From the NCBI GenBank assembly GCA_965250035.1, contig OZ252282.1:2998536-3062535 (forward strand): DNA of 64,000 nucleotides, written 5' to 3'. A program made the translations under genes and the position numbers. The stretch's first letter is position 1. The number at the start of each line of letters is the position of its first letter. This document shows positions 25,417 through 34,754 of the stretch, piece by piece. This DNA is from Enterobacterales bacterium (GTDB taxonomy: Bacteria > Pseudomonadota > Gammaproteobacteria > Enterobacterales > GCA-2746155). The notes below the pieces were generated by a model that was not told where the DNA came from, searched no databases, and saw only the letters and a program-made list of their open reading frames with translations.

Positions 25417-25703
25417 TTTATGCTGAGTTTAGCTATCAGGGCCACTATTCAGATTATCATGATGCGATCGTTCAGTGTCTGGAAGCTGAGTTTAAGGAAC
25501 TCCAACACGGCCATCAGGGCGATTCCTGGATCTGGGTATTCGATGGTGAAGACAAGGTGGCGATAGATACCTTTTATTCAATGCAGCATGAGATTAAGTC
25601 TGAATCTGATAATATTTCACACATTCATCGAGTGATCGATACCCTAAAACGAACCTTTGAAATTCGGGTATTCAATGAACCGGAACTGGAACCCCATGAA
25701 TAA
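25413..25703 (+). CDS. Hypothetical small acidic protein
   Basis: 96 aa with a GTG start that overlaps the upstream stop by 4 nt. Confidence 0.45.
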   Translation: MIYAEFSYQGHYSDYHDAIVQCLEAEFKELQHGHQGDSWIWVFDGEDKVAIDTFYSMQHEIKSESDNISHIHRVIDTLKRTFEIRVFNEPELEPHE

Positions 25704-25728
25704 TTTTTTGATACGGGAAGTATTTATA

Positions 25729-26493
25729 ATGAAACGCCTCATACTGACTTTGATCGTATGCTTTTTCACGGTTAACAATGCACAAGACAAGGAACCACTC
25801 AGAGTCTTATTTGTTGGCAATAGTTACACCTATTACTGGAATCTTCCCCAGGCCGTATCCTTGATGGCGAAGTCTCAGGGCAGAGCGATTATTACGCGTC
25901 AGTCTACCGTGGGTGGCTCGAATCTGGAGCAGCATTGGAAGGGCGAGAATGGCTCTCGAACCAGGGCACTGATTAGCCAGGGCGGTTGGGACTATGTGGT
26001 ATTCAATAATCATAGCCTGAGTACAATTAATACCCCGGAGAGTTTTTTTGACTATGGCCAGAAGTTTGCCGATCTGGTCAAAAGCCAGGGCGGCGAAGCG
26101 GTTTTTTATATGACCTGGGCGCGTTCACATAACAAGTTGATGATTAACATCATTTCTCCGTCCTATCGACGGCTGGCAGAAGAAACCAACTCTCATGTCG
26201 TGCCAGTGGGTGAGATATGGATGCGCGCGGTCACGTTGCATCCGGAATATAATCTCTATACTTCGGATGGTAGCCATCCGTCACCACTCGGTACCTATCT
26301 TACGGCGCTGGCATTTACCAAGTTTTTCACCGGCGAATCGGTCCTGAGCATTCCCAATGGCCTGCAAATGAAGGATAGTGATGGCGAGAAACTCTACATC
26401 ACCCTCACGCCGCAGATGGAGGGGAATTTCTTGCGCGCTCTGGTAGATTCGTTTGATTTCACTACGCTCGCAGACGGTCAGACACAACCATGA
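25729..26493 (+). CDS. Secreted SGNH/GDSL-like hydrolase-fold protein
   Basis: Starting at 25729 gives the signal peptide MKRLILTLIVCFFTVNNA. RVLFVGNSYTY is an SGNH block-I-like motif. Confidence 0.6.
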   Translation: MKRLILTLIVCFFTVNNAQDKEPLRVLFVGNSYTYYWNLPQAVSLMAKSQGRAIITRQSTVGGSNLEQHWKGENGSRTRALISQGGWDYVVFNNHSLSTINTPESFFDYGQKFADLVKSQGGEAVFYMTWARSHNKLMINIISPSYRRLAEETNSHVVPVGEIWMRAVTLHPEYNLYTSDGSHPSPLGTYLTALAFTKFFTGESVLSIPNGLQMKDSDGEKLYITLTPQMEGNFLRALVDSFDFTTLADGQTQP

Positions 26494-27182
26494 AAACCAT
26501 CGGCTTACTGGGCGGCATGAGCTGGGAAAGCACCCAGGGATATTATCGCGCGATCAATGAAGGAATTAAGGAGCGGCTCGGAGGCCTTCATTCTGCGCAA
26601 ATTGCCCTGTACAGCGTCGATTTCCAGCCGATTGAAACCTTGCAACATGATGGCGACTGGGATGGTACTGCCCAGATTCTAACGGCCGCTGCAGGGCGGG
26701 TCGAAGCGGCGGGCGCCGACTGCCTGTTGATTTGCACCAACACCATGCATAAGGTTGCCCCACAGGTTGAGTCGGCAATCTCCATTCCCTTGTTGCATAT
26801 CGCCGATGCAACCGCTCAGGAATTGCTGGGCAGGGAGATAACTAAAGTGGGCCTCCTAGGGACCGGCTTTACCATGGAGCAGGCGTTCTACAAGGGCCGA
26901 TTGACTGAGAAATTCGGATTGGAGGTCATCGTGCCCAATGACGACGATCGGGCGATCGTGCACAGGGTAATCTATGAAGAACTGTGTCTTGGCAAAATTG
27001 ATCAGCAGTCCAAGGCGGATTATTTGCGCATTATCGCCTTGCTTGCAGAGCAGGGGGCTCAGGCCGTCATCCTTGGCTGTACCGAGATCGGCCTGCTGGT
27101 CAAACAACAAGATACCGGCGTGCCACTCGTCGACACGACCATGATCCACGCCCAGGCGGCGGTTGATTTCGCGCTGTCTTAA
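26490..27182 (+). CDS. Aspartate/glutamate racemase family protein
   Basis: 230 aa. MKTIGLLGGMSWEST, CTNTMH and GCTEI carry the two catalytic Cys motifs. Confidence 0.85.
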   Translation: MKTIGLLGGMSWESTQGYYRAINEGIKERLGGLHSAQIALYSVDFQPIETLQHDGDWDGTAQILTAAAGRVEAAGADCLLICTNTMHKVAPQVESAISIPLLHIADATAQELLGREITKVGLLGTGFTMEQAFYKGRLTEKFGLEVIVPNDDDRAIVHRVIYEELCLGKIDQQSKADYLRIIALLAEQGAQAVILGCTEIGLLVKQQDTGVPLVDTTMIHAQAAVDFALS

Positions 27183-27194
27183 ACGACTAATCAC

Positions 27195-28271
27195 ATGGCT
27201 GAACCGCTCAAGAATCTTTACACCCCGGCTCTGATCGAAAATCTAAGCCGCGCGATCAGTGTCCAGTATCCAGAGTTCGATAGTGAGGGATTTAGTCGTT
27301 ATGTGTTTGATGCCGATTGGGACGACAAAGAGCTGAAGGAGCGCATGCATCACATCACCACGGGGCTTAATGAATTCATTCCTTTGCCTTATGAACAGGC
27401 GGTGTCGATTCTATCTCGTGCAGCCAGCCAGTTTTATGGCTTCGAATACATGTTCTTCCCAGGGTTTGTTGAATGCTATGGTATGGCGCATTTACCACTG
27501 TCGATTGCGGCCATGGAAACGATGACGGAATTCGCCAGTGCCGAATTCGCGGTGCGCCCTTTCATCAAGTTATATCCACAAGAGATGCTTGAGCAGTTGC
27601 TACGTTGGTCTCAGTCGGAAAATCATCATGTGCGACGACTGGCATCGGAAGGGTGCCGGCCACGGCTGCCATGGGCCATGGCATTACCAGACTTTAAAAA
27701 AGATCCGCGACCGATACTGCCGATACTCGAGCAGCTGAAAGACGATGAGAGTGAATTTGTCCGCAAGAGTGTGGCCAATAACCTGAATGATATTTCGAAA
27801 GATAATCCGGACATCGTGATTGCACTGGCAAAACGCTGGTTAGGCGACAACAAACAGACAGACTGGATTGTAAAACACGCCTGCCGCACCCTCTTGAAGC
27901 AGGGAGTGCCCGAGGTGATGGCCCTGTTCGACTATTCAGCGGCGGATCATTTCGAGGTCACCGATCTCGAAGTCTCGAAGCAGGTTGGTATGGGTGAAAC
28001 GCTGACGTTTTCCTTTACCCTGTCGAATCGCACCCAGTTAGGCAAACTGCGTCTGGAATATGCCGTTGGTTTTTTACGCAAAAACGGAACACACTCCAAG
28101 AAGGTGTTTAAGATCTCGGAATCCGAGGTAGAATCAACAACCAAACAGGTTAGCCGACACCATTCCTTTAAACCGATAACAACCCGGACATATTATTCGG
28201 GTATACATTATCTAACGATCATTGCGAATGGGGTCGAACTCGCCGAGGCAGAGTTTGAGTTGAGCTCATAG
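27195..28271 (+). CDS. DNA alkylation repair protein (HEAT-like repeat family)
   Basis: 358 aa. SENHHVRRLASEGCRPRLPW and ESEFVRKSVANNLNDISKDNP are characteristic of the family. Confidence 0.8.
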   Translation: MAEPLKNLYTPALIENLSRAISVQYPEFDSEGFSRYVFDADWDDKELKERMHHITTGLNEFIPLPYEQAVSILSRAASQFYGFEYMFFPGFVECYGMAHLPLSIAAMETMTEFASAEFAVRPFIKLYPQEMLEQLLRWSQSENHHVRRLASEGCRPRLPWAMALPDFKKDPRPILPILEQLKDDESEFVRKSVANNLNDISKDNPDIVIALAKRWLGDNKQTDWIVKHACRTLLKQGVPEVMALFDYSAADHFEVTDLEVSKQVGMGETLTFSFTLSNRTQLGKLRLEYAVGFLRKNGTHSKKVFKISESEVESTTKQVSRHHSFKPITTRTYYSGIHYLTIIANGVELAEAEFELSS

Positions 28272-28448
28272 TGTATGACTATAATCCTACATACTGATGA
28301 AAATCATACTGAGGCATAGAGGTTCCTTTCTTTGATAAAAGAAGTGTCGGAGGCAGGGATGCCGACGCCAAGCCCACAGGGATGTGTTCACGGCGTCTTC
28401 GACTTAGCAAAGAAAACCGAATATGCCGAGCAGAATGAGGTTTAGCGT

Positions 28449-28775
28449 TTGGACTATTTATTTGTGTATGGAACTCTGGCTCCCGGCCGACCCAATTCGC
28501 ATGTGTTAGCCAATGTGGAGGGTGACTGGGTGCCGGCCACGGTTCGTGGCACATTGTATGAAGAAGGCTGGGGAGCAGCGCAGGGGTATCCCGGAATCAT
28601 ATTGGACGATAGTCAGGCCGAGGTAGATGGTTTATTATTTGCTTCCAGCAACTTGAGCCATCATTGGCCACGTCTGGATGCATTCGAGGGGGATGGTTAT
28701 CGTCGGGTATTAACCGAGGCGGTCACCAAAGAGGGCAAGATCATCCAGGCCCATATTTATGAGTTAACACGCTAA
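28449..28775 (+). CDS. Gamma-glutamylcyclotransferase (AIG2/GGCT-like) family protein
   Basis: 108 aa. It has YLFVYGTL at the N-terminus. The start is TTG, with GAGG 8 nt upstream and an in-frame stop immediately upstream. Confidence 0.7.
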   Translation: MDYLFVYGTLAPGRPNSHVLANVEGDWVPATVRGTLYEEGWGAAQGYPGIILDDSQAEVDGLLFASSNLSHHWPRLDAFEGDGYRRVLTEAVTKEGKIIQAHIYELTR

Positions 28776-28801
28776 GTAAGCGACCAAGCATAGGAAAGAA
28801 C

Positions 28802-29635
28802 ATGCCAAAGATTACGTTATTTATTCTGTCTGTACTTCTGATGAGCACGGCTTGTGCCACAACCAAAGAAGTCGAGACCAGTTTCCAGCATGACAACATG
28901 GACAGCACGCTGTGGTTCCAGACCTCTGCTGAATACCGTGCCAATGCCATACAGACCTATCGGATGGCTGGCATGCAAATGGATATGGCACTGAACGACG
29001 GCGGTTGGAAAGCCATGCTGGAGCAGAAGCAAAAGGCTGCGAGTCTGCCACCGGCGATCGTGCTGGATGTCGATGAGACGGTACTGGATAACTCGCCTTT
29101 TCAGGCCATGATGATCAAGACCAATACGACCTTCAGCAGTTCACCCTGGGATGCCTGGGTGGGTCTGGCCCAGGCGAAGGCTGTACCGGGTGCCGTCGAG
29201 CTAATTAATATGGCCCTTGATAAAGGCATTGCGGTCGTTTATTTGACCAATCGCGAATGTGCGCAACGCCCTGGTTCGGACGACCCCTGCCCGCAAGTAC
29301 AGGATACCGCGAAGAATCTGCGAGAAGTCGGCATCAAGTCCGTGGATGAGGATTTGGTATTGCTGAAATATGGCAAGCCGGAATGGACATCTGAGAAGCG
29401 GTCGCGCCGCCTGCATCTGGCGGACAAGTTTCGGGTCCTGATGCTGTTCGGTGATGATTTCGGTGATTTCCTGCCGAATGTGAAGAAAGACATTACGCCT
29501 GAACAACGTGCCAAACTCGTTGAAAAATATCGCGCCAACTGGGGTAAGACCTGGTTTGCATTGCCCAACCCAACCTACGGCTCCTGGCGCAGTATCCTGA
29601 CTAAGGATAAGCGTGACTACCTGACGGATTACTAG
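28802..29635 (+). CDS. 5'-nucleotidase / class C acid phosphatase, lipoprotein e(P4) family
   Basis: 277 aa with lipobox LLMSTAC, HAD motif LDVDETVLDNSP, and GDDFGDF. Confidence 0.85.
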   Translation: MPKITLFILSVLLMSTACATTKEVETSFQHDNMDSTLWFQTSAEYRANAIQTYRMAGMQMDMALNDGGWKAMLEQKQKAASLPPAIVLDVDETVLDNSPFQAMMIKTNTTFSSSPWDAWVGLAQAKAVPGAVELINMALDKGIAVVYLTNRECAQRPGSDDPCPQVQDTAKNLREVGIKSVDEDLVLLKYGKPEWTSEKRSRRLHLADKFRVLMLFGDDFGDFLPNVKKDITPEQRAKLVEKYRANWGKTWFALPNPTYGSWRSILTKDKRDYLTDY

Positions 29636-29659
29636 TCTACGTTCCTGAGCGTATTCTAG

Positions 29660-30493
29660 TCAGCTTTTCTGCCCGAGATAATGAGCGACTGGTCGGCCAT
29701 CGGCCAGTCGATGGGTTTCGTTTATAACCGGCACTAGCCCCGGGAATGTATCTACTAATTCATTGGGTTTGAGCAGGAAATTTGGATTCCTGGGCGAACC
29801 GTATTTTTCACTGCCGACCATGAAGGTGGAATAGACGAGCATGCCTTTGTCATTTAGATGGTCGTACAACTGCGGTAGGAATGGCCGATGCAAATAGCGC
29901 ATCACCACGATCAAATCAAAGCGCTCAGTTTGCAGCGGATTGTCGGCCGTTTCCATGTCGGCCTGCCGAGTGATTACCTTACAACCCGACGACTGTGCCA
30001 GCGATTGGCAGCGATCGAGGGCATCCTGCTTGATATCAATCGCCGTGACATCCCAGCCACGCTGAGCCAGGAACACGGCATCACGACCGGCACCGCAGGC
30101 CAGATCCAAAGCCTTCCTACCCGATGTGCGTTGTTCGATTGCATCAATTGCCCGGATCAGTAGTGGGTTCGCACGCCACAGCGGTACCGACTGGCAGCCC
30201 TCCGCGGTTAATTCCTCGCTTGCTGCCCAATCCCAGAAGGCTGGATTCGCGACGATACAACGAGTCACCCGATAACCTTTCTCTGCGAGGAACCCGCTTG
30301 CCTCATCGAGGCTTTGTGGATCACCCAATAGCTGAATTTCCTGATGTTTATCAGGCAGTTCATGCATGGATCCGGCTAGCCTGCTCCAGGGCAGAGAGGT
30401 AGTGTTATTAACGTGGTTGCGGATGAATTCCGGCTGTGGTCTTAGATCAATGCAGGGGCTGTCGAACCAATCCGCTCGCCAATCAGCGGGCAT
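29660..30493 (-). CDS. SAM-dependent methyltransferase with an N-terminal rhodanese-like (apparently inactive) domain
   Basis: 277 aa with [11 protein letters not shown] motif I. It overlaps the ridA stop by 11 nt. Confidence 0.7.
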   Translation of the reverse strand: MPADWRADWFDSPCIDLRPQPEFIRNHVNNTTSLPWSRLAGSMHELPDKHQEIQLLGDPQSLDEASGFLAEKGYRVTRCIVANPAFWDWAASEELTAEGCQSVPLWRANPLLIRAIDAIEQRTSGRKALDLACGAGRDAVFLAQRGWDVTAIDIKQDALDRCQSLAQSSGCKVITRQADMETADNPLQTERFDLIVVMRYLHRPFLPQLYDHLNDKGMLVYSTFMVGSEKYGSPRNPNFLLKPNELVDTFPGLVPVINETHRLADGRPVAHYLGQKS

Positions 30494-30872
30494 TCAGCAC
30501 CATGACACCATCCATCTCGACGTCCGTTCCCTTGGGGAGTTGGGCCACACCGACCGCGGCGCGGGCGGGGAAAGGTTCGTTGAAATACTGCGCCATGATT
30601 TCGTTCACGGTGGCGAAATGTCCAAGGTCGGTCAGGAAAATAGTGACCTTGACCAGATCATCCAGATCGCCCCCGGCGGCCTGGCAGACGGCGGCCAGAT
30701 TTTTGAATACCTGATGGATACGCGCACTGATGTCCCCGCCCACCATTTCCATCGTGGTCGGGTCGAGGCCAATCTGTCCGGACAAATAAACGGTTTCGCC
30801 GACCTTAACGGCCTGTGAATAGGTGCCGATTGCTGATGGCGCCTGATCGGTGTGAATGATTTCTCTGCTCAT
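30483..30872 (-). CDS. ridA: RidA family reactive-intermediate deaminase
   Basis: 129 aa. [12 protein letters not shown]...[10 protein letters not shown] is a YjgF/RidA signature. It lies downstream of spoT, as in Pseudomonas. Confidence 0.9.
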   Translation of the reverse strand: MSREIIHTDQAPSAIGTYSQAVKVGETVYLSGQIGLDPTTMEMVGGDISARIHQVFKNLAAVCQAAGGDLDDLVKVTIFLTDLGHFATVNEIMAQYFNEPFPARAAVGVAQLPKGTDVEMDGVMVLNAR

Positions 30873-30916
30873 GGGATTCCTCTATTCTTTATTCCACTGC
30901 TCTTAATGACATTGCT

Positions 30917-33013
30917 CTAAAAGGAACTTCGACTAATCTTAGCGACGGTGGGGATCAGTCGTAGGCGTTTAATGATGGTCGCCAGGTGATCGCGATTCTG
31001 CACGGCGATGAGGAAATTCAGACGATAGTGGGAACCTTCGTGCTCATCGATTTCCATATTGGCGATGTTAATATCTGACTCGGCTAGTTTTGCTGTGATT
31101 TTGGCTAACACGCCGCGCTCGTTCTGGACGTCGATGCCGATGTTCACAAGGAAGTCACCGGTGACATCATCGGACCAGAGCATCGGGATAATCTTATCTT
31201 CCTGGCCACGCAACTCGGCGATGTTGCTACATTGATCCCGATGCACCATGATGCCCTTTCCAGCGCTGACGAAACCGACAATCGGATCCCCCGGAATGGG
31301 GCGACAGCATTTGGCATAATTGACCAGCATGCCCTCAGTACCTTGGATTGCCAGAGTGCGGGATTCATCGGTCGTGTCATCCTTGATGTCGGGATTCAGG
31401 TGATGGGCAACGATCATAGCCGCAATGGAACCGAGTCCAATGGCTTTGAGTAATTCATCGAGATTGGCCTGCTTGGTGATCTTGACTGCCCGGGCGATTT
31501 CTTCTTCGCTGAAGTCCTCGAGATTCTGACCCTTGAGTGCCTTATCCAATAGACGCCGGCCGAGTTTGATGGCCTCATCGATGCGCAGATTCTTCAGGTA
31601 ATGACGAATATTCGCACGTGCCTTGCCGGTGATGACGAAACTGAGCCAGGCCGGATTCGGCCGCGCGCCCGGGGCTGTGATGATTTGTACCGTCTGGCCA
31701 TTGACCAGTTGGGTGCTGAGTGGCGCGAGGCTGCGATCGATTTTACAGGCGATACAACTATTGCCGACATCGGTATGGATAAAGTAGGCGAAATCCACCG
31801 GTGTTGCACCCTGAGGCAGCGAGATAATCTCGCCATCGGGTGAGAATACATAGACCTCGTCCGGAAACAGATCAATCTTGACGTTTTCGATAAAGTCAGA
31901 GGAGTCTGAGGCGGTTTCCTGGAACTCGATTAGACTGCGCATCCACTCTCGGGCCTTCATCTCTGCCGAATTGGAGGTGGTGCTGGACTTATACAACCAG
32001 TGCGCAGCGACACCATGTTCCGCCATCTTGTGCATGTCCTCGGTCCTGATCTGGATCTCGACGTGCAGTCCATGGGGGCCCTTCAGCGTCGTATGTAATG
32101 ACTGATAGCCGTTGGCTTTGGGGATTGCGATATAGTCTTTGAAGCGGTTATGCACTGGCTTATAGAGCATGTGCATCTGGCCCAGGATCTGATAGCAGCT
32201 ATCGATCTTATCCGTGATGATGCGGAAGCCATACACATCCATGACTTCGAAGAAGGTCATCTTCTTCTCTCGCATCTTGCGATAGATGCTGAACAGGTTC
32301 TTCTCGCGTCCGACGACTTCGAAGTTAATATCGGTCTCGCCCAGCTTATTCTGGATTGCCTGTTGAATCGTATTGATGATTTCTTTGCGGTTACCACGGG
32401 CTTTCTTGACCGACGCCTCGAGTATGCCATGACGCATGGGATGCAGTGCGGCGAATCCAAGTACCTGCATCTCCTCGCGGATGTTATTGATACCCAGCCT
32501 GTTTGCGATGGGGGCGTAGATATCCAGGGTCTCATGGGCGATGCGGCGGCGTTTGTCCGCGCGCAGATGGCCCAGGGTGCGCATATTATGCAGCCGATCG
32601 GCCAGTTTGATCATGATGACGCGGATATCACGTACCATGGCCATCATCATCTTACGGAAATTTTCGGCCTGGGCTTCGGCACGCGTCGAGAATTTAATCT
32701 TGGTGAGCTTACTTACGCCCTCAACGAGTTCGGCGACAGATTCTCCGAACTTCTCTGCCATCTCGGTTCGACTCACGCCGGTGTCTTCTATCACGTCATG
32801 CATCAGCGCAGCCATAATCGTCTGGTGATCCAGGTGTATTTCGCTAAGGATTCTCGCGACGGCTACGGGATGGGTAATATAGGGTTCGCCGCTGGATCGC
32901 ATCTGCCCCTCATGGGCTTCCTTGGCATAAATATAGGCTTCCTCGACCAGTTTGATCTGCTCGGCACTGAGATATGTTTCCAGCTGTTCGGTAAGCCCAC
33001 TAATTAAATACAC
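30917..33013 (-). CDS. spoT: Bifunctional (p)ppGpp synthetase/hydrolase SpoT
   Basis: 698 aa with HD domain (HPVAVARIL...HDVIEDT), synthetase, TGS and ACT regions. GTG start. Confidence 0.95.
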   Translation of the reverse strand: MYLISGLTEQLETYLSAEQIKLVEEAYIYAKEAHEGQMRSSGEPYITHPVAVARILSEIHLDHQTIMAALMHDVIEDTGVSRTEMAEKFGESVAELVEGVSKLTKIKFSTRAEAQAENFRKMMMAMVRDIRVIMIKLADRLHNMRTLGHLRADKRRRIAHETLDIYAPIANRLGINNIREEMQVLGFAALHPMRHGILEASVKKARGNRKEIINTIQQAIQNKLGETDINFEVVGREKNLFSIYRKMREKKMTFFEVMDVYGFRIITDKIDSCYQILGQMHMLYKPVHNRFKDYIAIPKANGYQSLHTTLKGPHGLHVEIQIRTEDMHKMAEHGVAAHWLYKSSTTSNSAEMKAREWMRSLIEFQETASDSSDFIENVKIDLFPDEVYVFSPDGEIISLPQGATPVDFAYFIHTDVGNSCIACKIDRSLAPLSTQLVNGQTVQIITAPGARPNPAWLSFVITGKARANIRHYLKNLRIDEAIKLGRRLLDKALKGQNLEDFSEEEIARAVKITKQANLDELLKAIGLGSIAAMIVAHHLNPDIKDDTTDESRTLAIQGTEGMLVNYAKCCRPIPGDPIVGFVSAGKGIMVHRDQCSNIAELRGQEDKIIPMLWSDDVTGDFLVNIGIDVQNERGVLAKITAKLAESDINIANMEIDEHEGSHYRLNFLIAVQNRDHLATIIKRLRLIPTVAKISRSSF

Positions 33014-33104
33014 AATCTGCTACCCTGATACTGACACGACATCAGTATTTCACTACGACGGTGGTAATAGTTCGATTTTGTAAGATTTAGCGGTAATTTG
33101 CAAA

Positions 33105-33126
33105 GCCCGGATGAGAATTTCCGGGC
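33105..33126 (-). terminator. Hairpin between rpoZ and spoT (weak terminator or attenuator candidate)
   Basis: GCCCGG-N10-CCGGGC. On the minus strand it is followed only by TTTGCAAATT, so the T-tract is weak. Confidence 0.3.
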
Positions 33127-33169
33127 TGGATGAGGGTTTATTAACCCCAGCCGTTGATTTACGGCGGTA

Positions 33170-33439
33170 TTAATCGATCAGTTTAGCCGCTTCAGCTTCG
33201 AGGGCTTCCATTTCCTGGCGAGCCTTTTCTTCTTTGGCTTCTTGTTCCATGATCTCTTTGCTTACCAAGCCTTCTTCGATTTCGCGTAATGCGACGACGG
33301 TTGGCTTGTCATTGTCCCATTCAACTTTGGGCTCTTTGGTGCCATTGGCTAAATCACGAGCTCTTTCAGTCGCGAGCAGAATCAGGTCGAAGCGATTGCC
33401 GACGACTTCCACTGCATCTTGTACGGTTACACGTGCCAT
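33170..33439 (-). CDS. rpoZ: DNA-directed RNA polymerase subunit omega
   Basis: 89 aa. [28 protein letters not shown]. Confidence 0.95.
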   Translation of the reverse strand: MARVTVQDAVEVVGNRFDLILLATERARDLANGTKEPKVEWDNDKPTVVALREIEEGLVSKEIMEQEAKEEKARQEMEALEAEAAKLID

Positions 33440-33485
33440 TTATTTCTCCAGTCTATCTTGAGAGCAGTCGCGCATTGTACTGATG

Positions 33486-34100
33486 TTAGAGTAGGTCGTC
33501 AATCAGCTTTTGCTGGCGGATCTGCTGTTTTTCAAGTCGTAGCTGACTTGCGGTGATGATCGCTTTGAGGTGTTGTTTGGCGAGCTCAAAATCGTCGTTG
33601 ATGACCACATAGTCATATTCTGAATAGTGTGATATTTCTGCGATTGCCTTGGACATGCGATTAGCGATGACCTCGGCATCATCCTGGCCTCTTCCTTCAA
33701 GCCGACTCTGTAGGGTCTCGCGGGAAGGTGGCAGTATAAAGATCGAAACCGAATCAGTGAGCCGTTCGCGCACCTGTTGCGCGCCTTGCCAGTCGATCTC
33801 CAACACCAGATCATTGCCTTTATCCAGTGCTTCCTGCACCGTCTTGATGGACGTGCCATAGTAGTTGCCAAAGACCTCGGCGTATTCCAGGAACTCGCCT
33901 GTTTCGATACGTTGTTTAAACCCGGTCACATCCGTGAAGTGATAATGCACGCCATCCTGCTCTCCCTGCCGTTGAGGACGGGTCGTGGTGGAGACTGAAA
34001 TGGCGAAATTATCGAGCTCCGCGGCGACGGCTTTGAGCAGTGAAGTCTTACCTGCGCCGGATGGGGCTGATACGATGAAAAGTGTTCCAGACGTTTGCAT
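33486..34100 (-). CDS. gmk: Guanylate kinase
   Basis: 204 aa with P-loop SAPSGAGKTS, then TTRPQRQGEQDGVHYHF. Confidence 0.95.
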   Translation of the reverse strand: MQTSGTLFIVSAPSGAGKTSLLKAVAAELDNFAISVSTTTRPQRQGEQDGVHYHFTDVTGFKQRIETGEFLEYAEVFGNYYGTSIKTVQEALDKGNDLVLEIDWQGAQQVRERLTDSVSIFILPPSRETLQSRLEGRGQDDAEVIANRMSKAIAEISHYSEYDYVVINDDFELAKQHLKAIITASQLRLEKQQIRQQKLIDDLL

Positions 34101-34160
34101 ATGAGTAACAGTTAAATATCCTGTGCCTATAGTAACCTATTAGATGCTGAATAACACTCG

Positions 34161-34754
34161 CTAGCCGGCCGGCTCTCTGACAAGTAAATGGTAATCTGTC
34201 TTAAGCACGGGTTCGTGCAGGATCGCTGCTGTGCGATAGCCATAGCGCTCATAAAAACTAATGTTCCGAGGAACGAATGTCTCTAGGAAGGTGGCAACCT
34301 GTGACGCATCGGCCTGTTCCAGTATCGGTTCGAGCAATTGCCTACCCAGGCCTTGACCCTGTCGGGCTGGCGTCACGCCTAGAATCGACAGGTACCAGTA
34401 GGAAGACTGAACATGGGGCGAGGATAAACGATCCATGGAATCACAAACATCACGATAGTGCTGATAGGCTCGTTGGCCGAGGTGTTCAATGAAGTAGGCC
34501 GGCTTGTCGTCTTGCAATGCAGTTGCTTCAGCGTGGGGCAGGGACCAGATCGCGGCCCCCCAACCGGCAACTGGCTGGGGCAGAGTGAGTCCACCGGATG
34601 CCTGTGCCAGGCGCATGGAAAAGTCATAGTAGTGCAACATGCCGGTGTGACCGTCCCGCCCGGATGCGCTGATCTGTTGCTCTAGCTGATTGTAAAAAGG
34701 GTCATCAGCCAGAGCCCAGTATAATGATTCAGCGATTTGGGGATAAAGCACCAT
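34161..34754 (-). CDS. GNAT family N-acetyltransferase
   Basis: 197 aa with RQGQGLGRQLLEPIL and YERYGY motifs. Its start overlaps the yicC stop. Confidence 0.65.
   Translation of the reverse strand: MVLYPQIAESLYWALADDPFYNQLEQQISASGRDGHTGMLHYYDFSMRLAQASGGLTLPQPVAGWGAAIWSLPHAEATALQDDKPAYFIEHLGQRAYQHYRDVCDSMDRLSSPHVQSSYWYLSILGVTPARQGQGLGRQLLEPILEQADASQVATFLETFVPRNISFYERYGYRTAAILHEPVLKTDYHLLVREPAG

Noticed and set aside
28279-28554. 91 aa minus-strand ORF across the 28272-28448 spacer
   Set aside because: It overlaps the start of the GGCT-like gene, has biased low-complexity composition, and lacks an RBS. I treat the region as non-coding and possibly structured (see findings).
30366-30818. 150 aa + strand ORF, plus 30436..30714
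   Set aside because: Both are antisense to ridA and the methyltransferase gene. Long open alternative frames are expected in GC-rich coding sequence.
32150-33007. 285 aa + strand ORF, plus several shorter ones between 31144 and 32828
   Set aside because: It lies entirely antisense to spoT, whose product is unmistakable. The ORF's composition (rich in H, L, D and I, with no recognisable motifs) is typical of a shadow frame.
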